This document shows positions 60,325 through 64,000 of a stretch of 64,000 nt of DNA, piece by piece. The notes beneath the pieces were generated by a model that made no database searches, was not told where the DNA came from, and saw nothing but the letters and a program-made list of their open reading frames with translations. Both the position numbers and the translations under genes were made by a program. The DNA is from Geosiphon pyriformis uo1 (lineage: Eukaryota > Fungi > Glomeromycota), in assembly GCA_016748015.1 (NCBI GenBank), contig JAAOMT010000057.1:1-64000 (forward strand), in the 5' to 3' direction. Within the stretch, counting starts at the first letter, position 1. The number at the start of each line of letters is the position of its first letter.

Positions 60325-63300
60325 TTTTTTTTTATTCATTTTAACAAGTGCAGCCTAACCACTATTTAGCATACAGAAATAAAGCAAAATATTCCAAACT
60401 AAACATGACTCATGTGCTTACTACATGTGACTGACCACTTAGACTTATCAAGACAACACTATACACTCATCAGAACTTCCTTACCATCATCCAAACCAGA
60501 AAAAAACAAACAATACTTATGTGAACCAAAACTGACAGCAAAAGACTTCACCACATCTAGCATGTGAACAACACCATCAGATAGCAACCTGGGTAGACCT
60601 TGTGACAGAGCAAAATTCCCACCATCATTGCAAATCAGACCAATCTTTTCTATATCAACTCTAAACTTAGATCTCAACAGCCACAGATGATCATGATGAT
60701 CATCTACAAGATGACAAACAAACTTAACAACAATTGACTGGGCCTTCTTCCCGTCACCAAAAATGGAAACAGCCTTACCAATCCAATCTTGAAAAACAAA
60801 ACTCTTGCACAAAACAGCATATATACTGACATCTAAAGTATTTGCAAGTGTGTTTAGCACTGAGAATGATGCAGGAAAGTGAACACCCACCAAAGATTTC
60901 CACAATTCAATATGATCAGTCATGACCTTCGAATGTAAAAGAGAATTTGCAGAACACATAAAAACATGATCAGAGAATTCGACATCACTACACATCAGAC
61001 ACAAAACACTCAGATAACCAATGTTATACAATCTTTTACAGACAGCCACTGGCAACCTATTGTGAACAGCTTTTATCAAATAGATGTGCAGAACAGCTAA
61101 CCTTCTGCTAGTAAAACCTGCCAGCATATGAGAATTCAGATGCCAAACAGAAGCAGTACACTCTTAATTAACGCAATGAAGAAAAGAGCTGGACAAGACA
61201 TTTACACCAGGACCAGCTTCTCACAAGACATGGCACACAGTTCTGCAAACATCATGGATAAAATGCCAAGCATTACCAGAAACCACTAGACCATTTGCCA
61301 CAAGAAACCTATTATGAACTCCAACTGGAAGAAACAAGCTATATCAAGATGCAACAGAGGCCATGGTATCAGCCTGATCATTGCCAAACACTCCAAAATG
61401 TTCCTTTACCTTAACTCATCTTACAGTAACGTTCTTAGATTTGATCAAATTAGCAATATGCCATTGTTCTACCTAGCATCTGTTGCAAAAGTCAGTTGAC
61501 CCAACTTACATTCAGATACACACACATCCAAAGCTGCTTGACTATCAGAATGAATAACTACAGAGCAGGATAAAGAAACACACTCCAAAGCCACAGCAAT
61601 TGCTTGCAATTTTGCCAGCATAGAAGACAACAAACCCTGAACTTTAACACCAACACCTATATTAATCTTAGAGAAATAAGCAGCTGCTCCACAAGCCACA
61701 CTTAAAGTACCCAGACCACTCAATGAGCTATTAGTGAAAATATTCAACTCCCCTGTCCAAATCTTATGCAGGTACTTGCAAACAACCAAAAAATCACTTG
61801 AACAGAAGAGACCAGAACTATCCAACACTTCACTATTGTTTAAATCTACTAGACTATTACACATGTACACAAAAGCCTTATTGAACCAAACTGGTACTAG
61901 ACCCCTAGGACTCAATCTCTTCCAGCAATGAAAAGTCTTCCAATCTATGACTTGATCCTGCTTAGTCAGCAAACAGTCACCAAAAGCAATGCCGAAGCAT
62001 TTCAACAAGCGGACCACATCAAAATAGCATAAAGCACCCAGAATATCAGACATTGGGAAATGTTCAGGCTTATGAAATGCACAAGATAATTTGTTATCCA
62101 AGAAAACACCTGTATCCAAGAAGATCCTTACAACCCCAGCCAGAAAATTGTTCAGCAGACAAACTCTCAACTTAACCAAATGGCACAAGGAATTCAAAGA
62201 AGTCCAACTCAAAACTTGCAAGTTCAAAGCACAGTGTTCAAACATATGACCAAGAATCCCAGGAGCATTGGAGAAACCAATCACTGAAGCAATCTTGGCT
62301 TCAGCTTGTACTTGCTCAAAAGGCTTTAAACTATATAGAAACAGATAATGTAACGCCTTGCTGGGGAAATCCTTTGGCAAAAACGCCTTAGTTCTAAGTC
62401 CTTTTTTGATCATGATATCTCACTTTTGACACACACTTTTAGCAACAAAACTGAATTGCATATAATAACATATAATAAGCTGAAGAACTGCCAAAACCAA
62501 GTAAGAAAATTGCTTATCTGACACTGTTTTTTTAAGAACCAAATTAGAAAAAAACCTAACATCCACATGTGTTTTGGTAAGACTTGGTTTCAAAAGACCC
62601 TCTGTAAACAAAAAAATACCAAGATACCTATGAAATTCACCCTTTTTTACAACAGAGATGGGTTGGTCACTGATGTACAAAGAGGCATCCTTCACCCTCT
62701 AATTGATGAAAATCGCCACAGTTTTGTCATTATTAATAGAAATATTATTTATATCAAAAAATTTACTTGCTATATTCAGAATATACTATGTCAAGATCTG
62801 GCCATTACCAATCCAGATTGTATTATCAACAAAAGCACTTGTAGCAAAAAAGAATGACATGCCACCACTAGATTCGACTCTGCCAGACTTCACCACAAAA
62901 CTCGAATTGATCCTGTAGCCGCACAAATGTTTTTGCCTCTTAACTTTGCACAAAAGAGGATCATAAAAAATCCTCCAGAGAAGTGGAGAAAATATCTCAC
63001 TCTAATCCAAACCATCATAAACAACATAACTATTTGACAAACCAAAATCAGTCATAATTTTATTAATTCTATTCTTATGAATATTTCCAAAAAACTCAAT
63101 GAATCTGCTATACATCTTGATATGCTTCAAACTGGATCTCAAATGATGCCATCCAACTGAATCATAAGCTTTATGCATATTCTGTAGAACCAGCCAAATT
63201 TTCCGGCCTTTTTCCAAAACATCCTCCACAATCAAGCCAATGGCAAACACTGGGGACTGAGTTGAAGTACTTCTTAAAACTGAAAAATTGTCACCATAAA

Positions 63301-64000
63301 AAACATCAAACTCACTGCAGACCAAGAAGATCCAATCTAATAAAATCTTAGATAAGATTTTTTTCACCATTTTAATTAAGGCAATTGGCCTGGTGTTAGT
63401 TAGAATATCATCTTATTCATAGGGCTTAGAGATCATAGAAACCCAAGCTCTTTTTCACAAACCAGGTACATCACTAGCTCTCAAACAAGAATTCAGCAAA
63501 TCAAGAAGACAAGCCAACACATCAGCACTACTGTGCTTCCACAACTCATTAGTAATACCAGAAAGACCAGCAGCTTTGCTATTGAACAGCCCACTGATAA
63601 CCAGAGACAATTCACTCAAGCTAATATCACTTATCACGCCCAAAAAGGCATTATCATTTACATGATCTAAAGAGGCATACTGATGAGTCCACAGACCAGA
63701 GAGAGCTGAAAGAATCCTCCGCTTATGAATTCAGCCCATTATGATTTCATCCACTCTAGACCGAACCTCCATGAGGTCCAAAATCAACTCATCATCAACT
63801 ACCAAATAATCCAACACAATTTTGTGAAAAGGACACTCCAAGACACTCCTAATCATCTTACCTTTATTAGAATTAAAATTCTCTATATGTTTGTCTATTG
63901 CGTCCCTAATGTGTTTGCATCTAGCCAACTTAGTCTCATGGTATTTGGATTTCTGATAACATTTCTTGACTTTTAACAAAAGACTGTACAGCTCATGTAA
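60325..64000 (-). mobile_element. LINE-D: decayed LINE ORF2 (RT-RNase H-CCHC) and 3' end; runs off the window edge
   Basis: LQNMHKAYDSVGW, AFVDNTIW, an RNase H remnant and CLMC..DHVFMC. The T-run tail lies at 60325-60333. Confidence 0.9.

Noticed and set aside
10737-64000. Dozens of 60-350 aa ORFs as independent genes
   Set aside because: They are stop-fragmented pieces or antisense shadows of transposon ORFs.

Overview
Eukaryotic, fungal-type genomic DNA. Short GT-AG introns, the TKL-kinase style and the repeat families suggest Glomeromycotina, possibly Geosiphon-like; this is recognition from memory, not a search result. Bases 1-~10,300 form a compact, CpG-retaining block of five spliced genes: monoglyceride lipase, RPAP2/Rtr1, an RRM + 2xCCHC SR protein, an RNF121-like RING membrane protein and a two-LIM CRP-like protein. 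Bases ~10,300-64,000 form a nested transposon island with at least 8 copies of RNase H-bearing LINEs, a 10-kb dUTPase-carrying Ty3/Gypsy element, a solo LTR, a Tc1-like transposon and one TKL kinase gene. All repeats are decayed, overwhelmingly by C>T/G>A transitions, down to near-pure AT tracts. The best leads are: (i) a highly structured ~190-nt candidate ncRNA inside an unusually long RNF121 intron; (ii) direct evidence for repeat-restricted, multi-context C>T hypermutation (RIP-like); (iii) accessory domains in the Gypsy pol (a multi-CxxC module and a dUTPase); (iv) conserved LINE cis-elements (5' stem, stop-start coupling, 3' hairpin with long-range pairing). All exon boundaries and alignments were done by eye.
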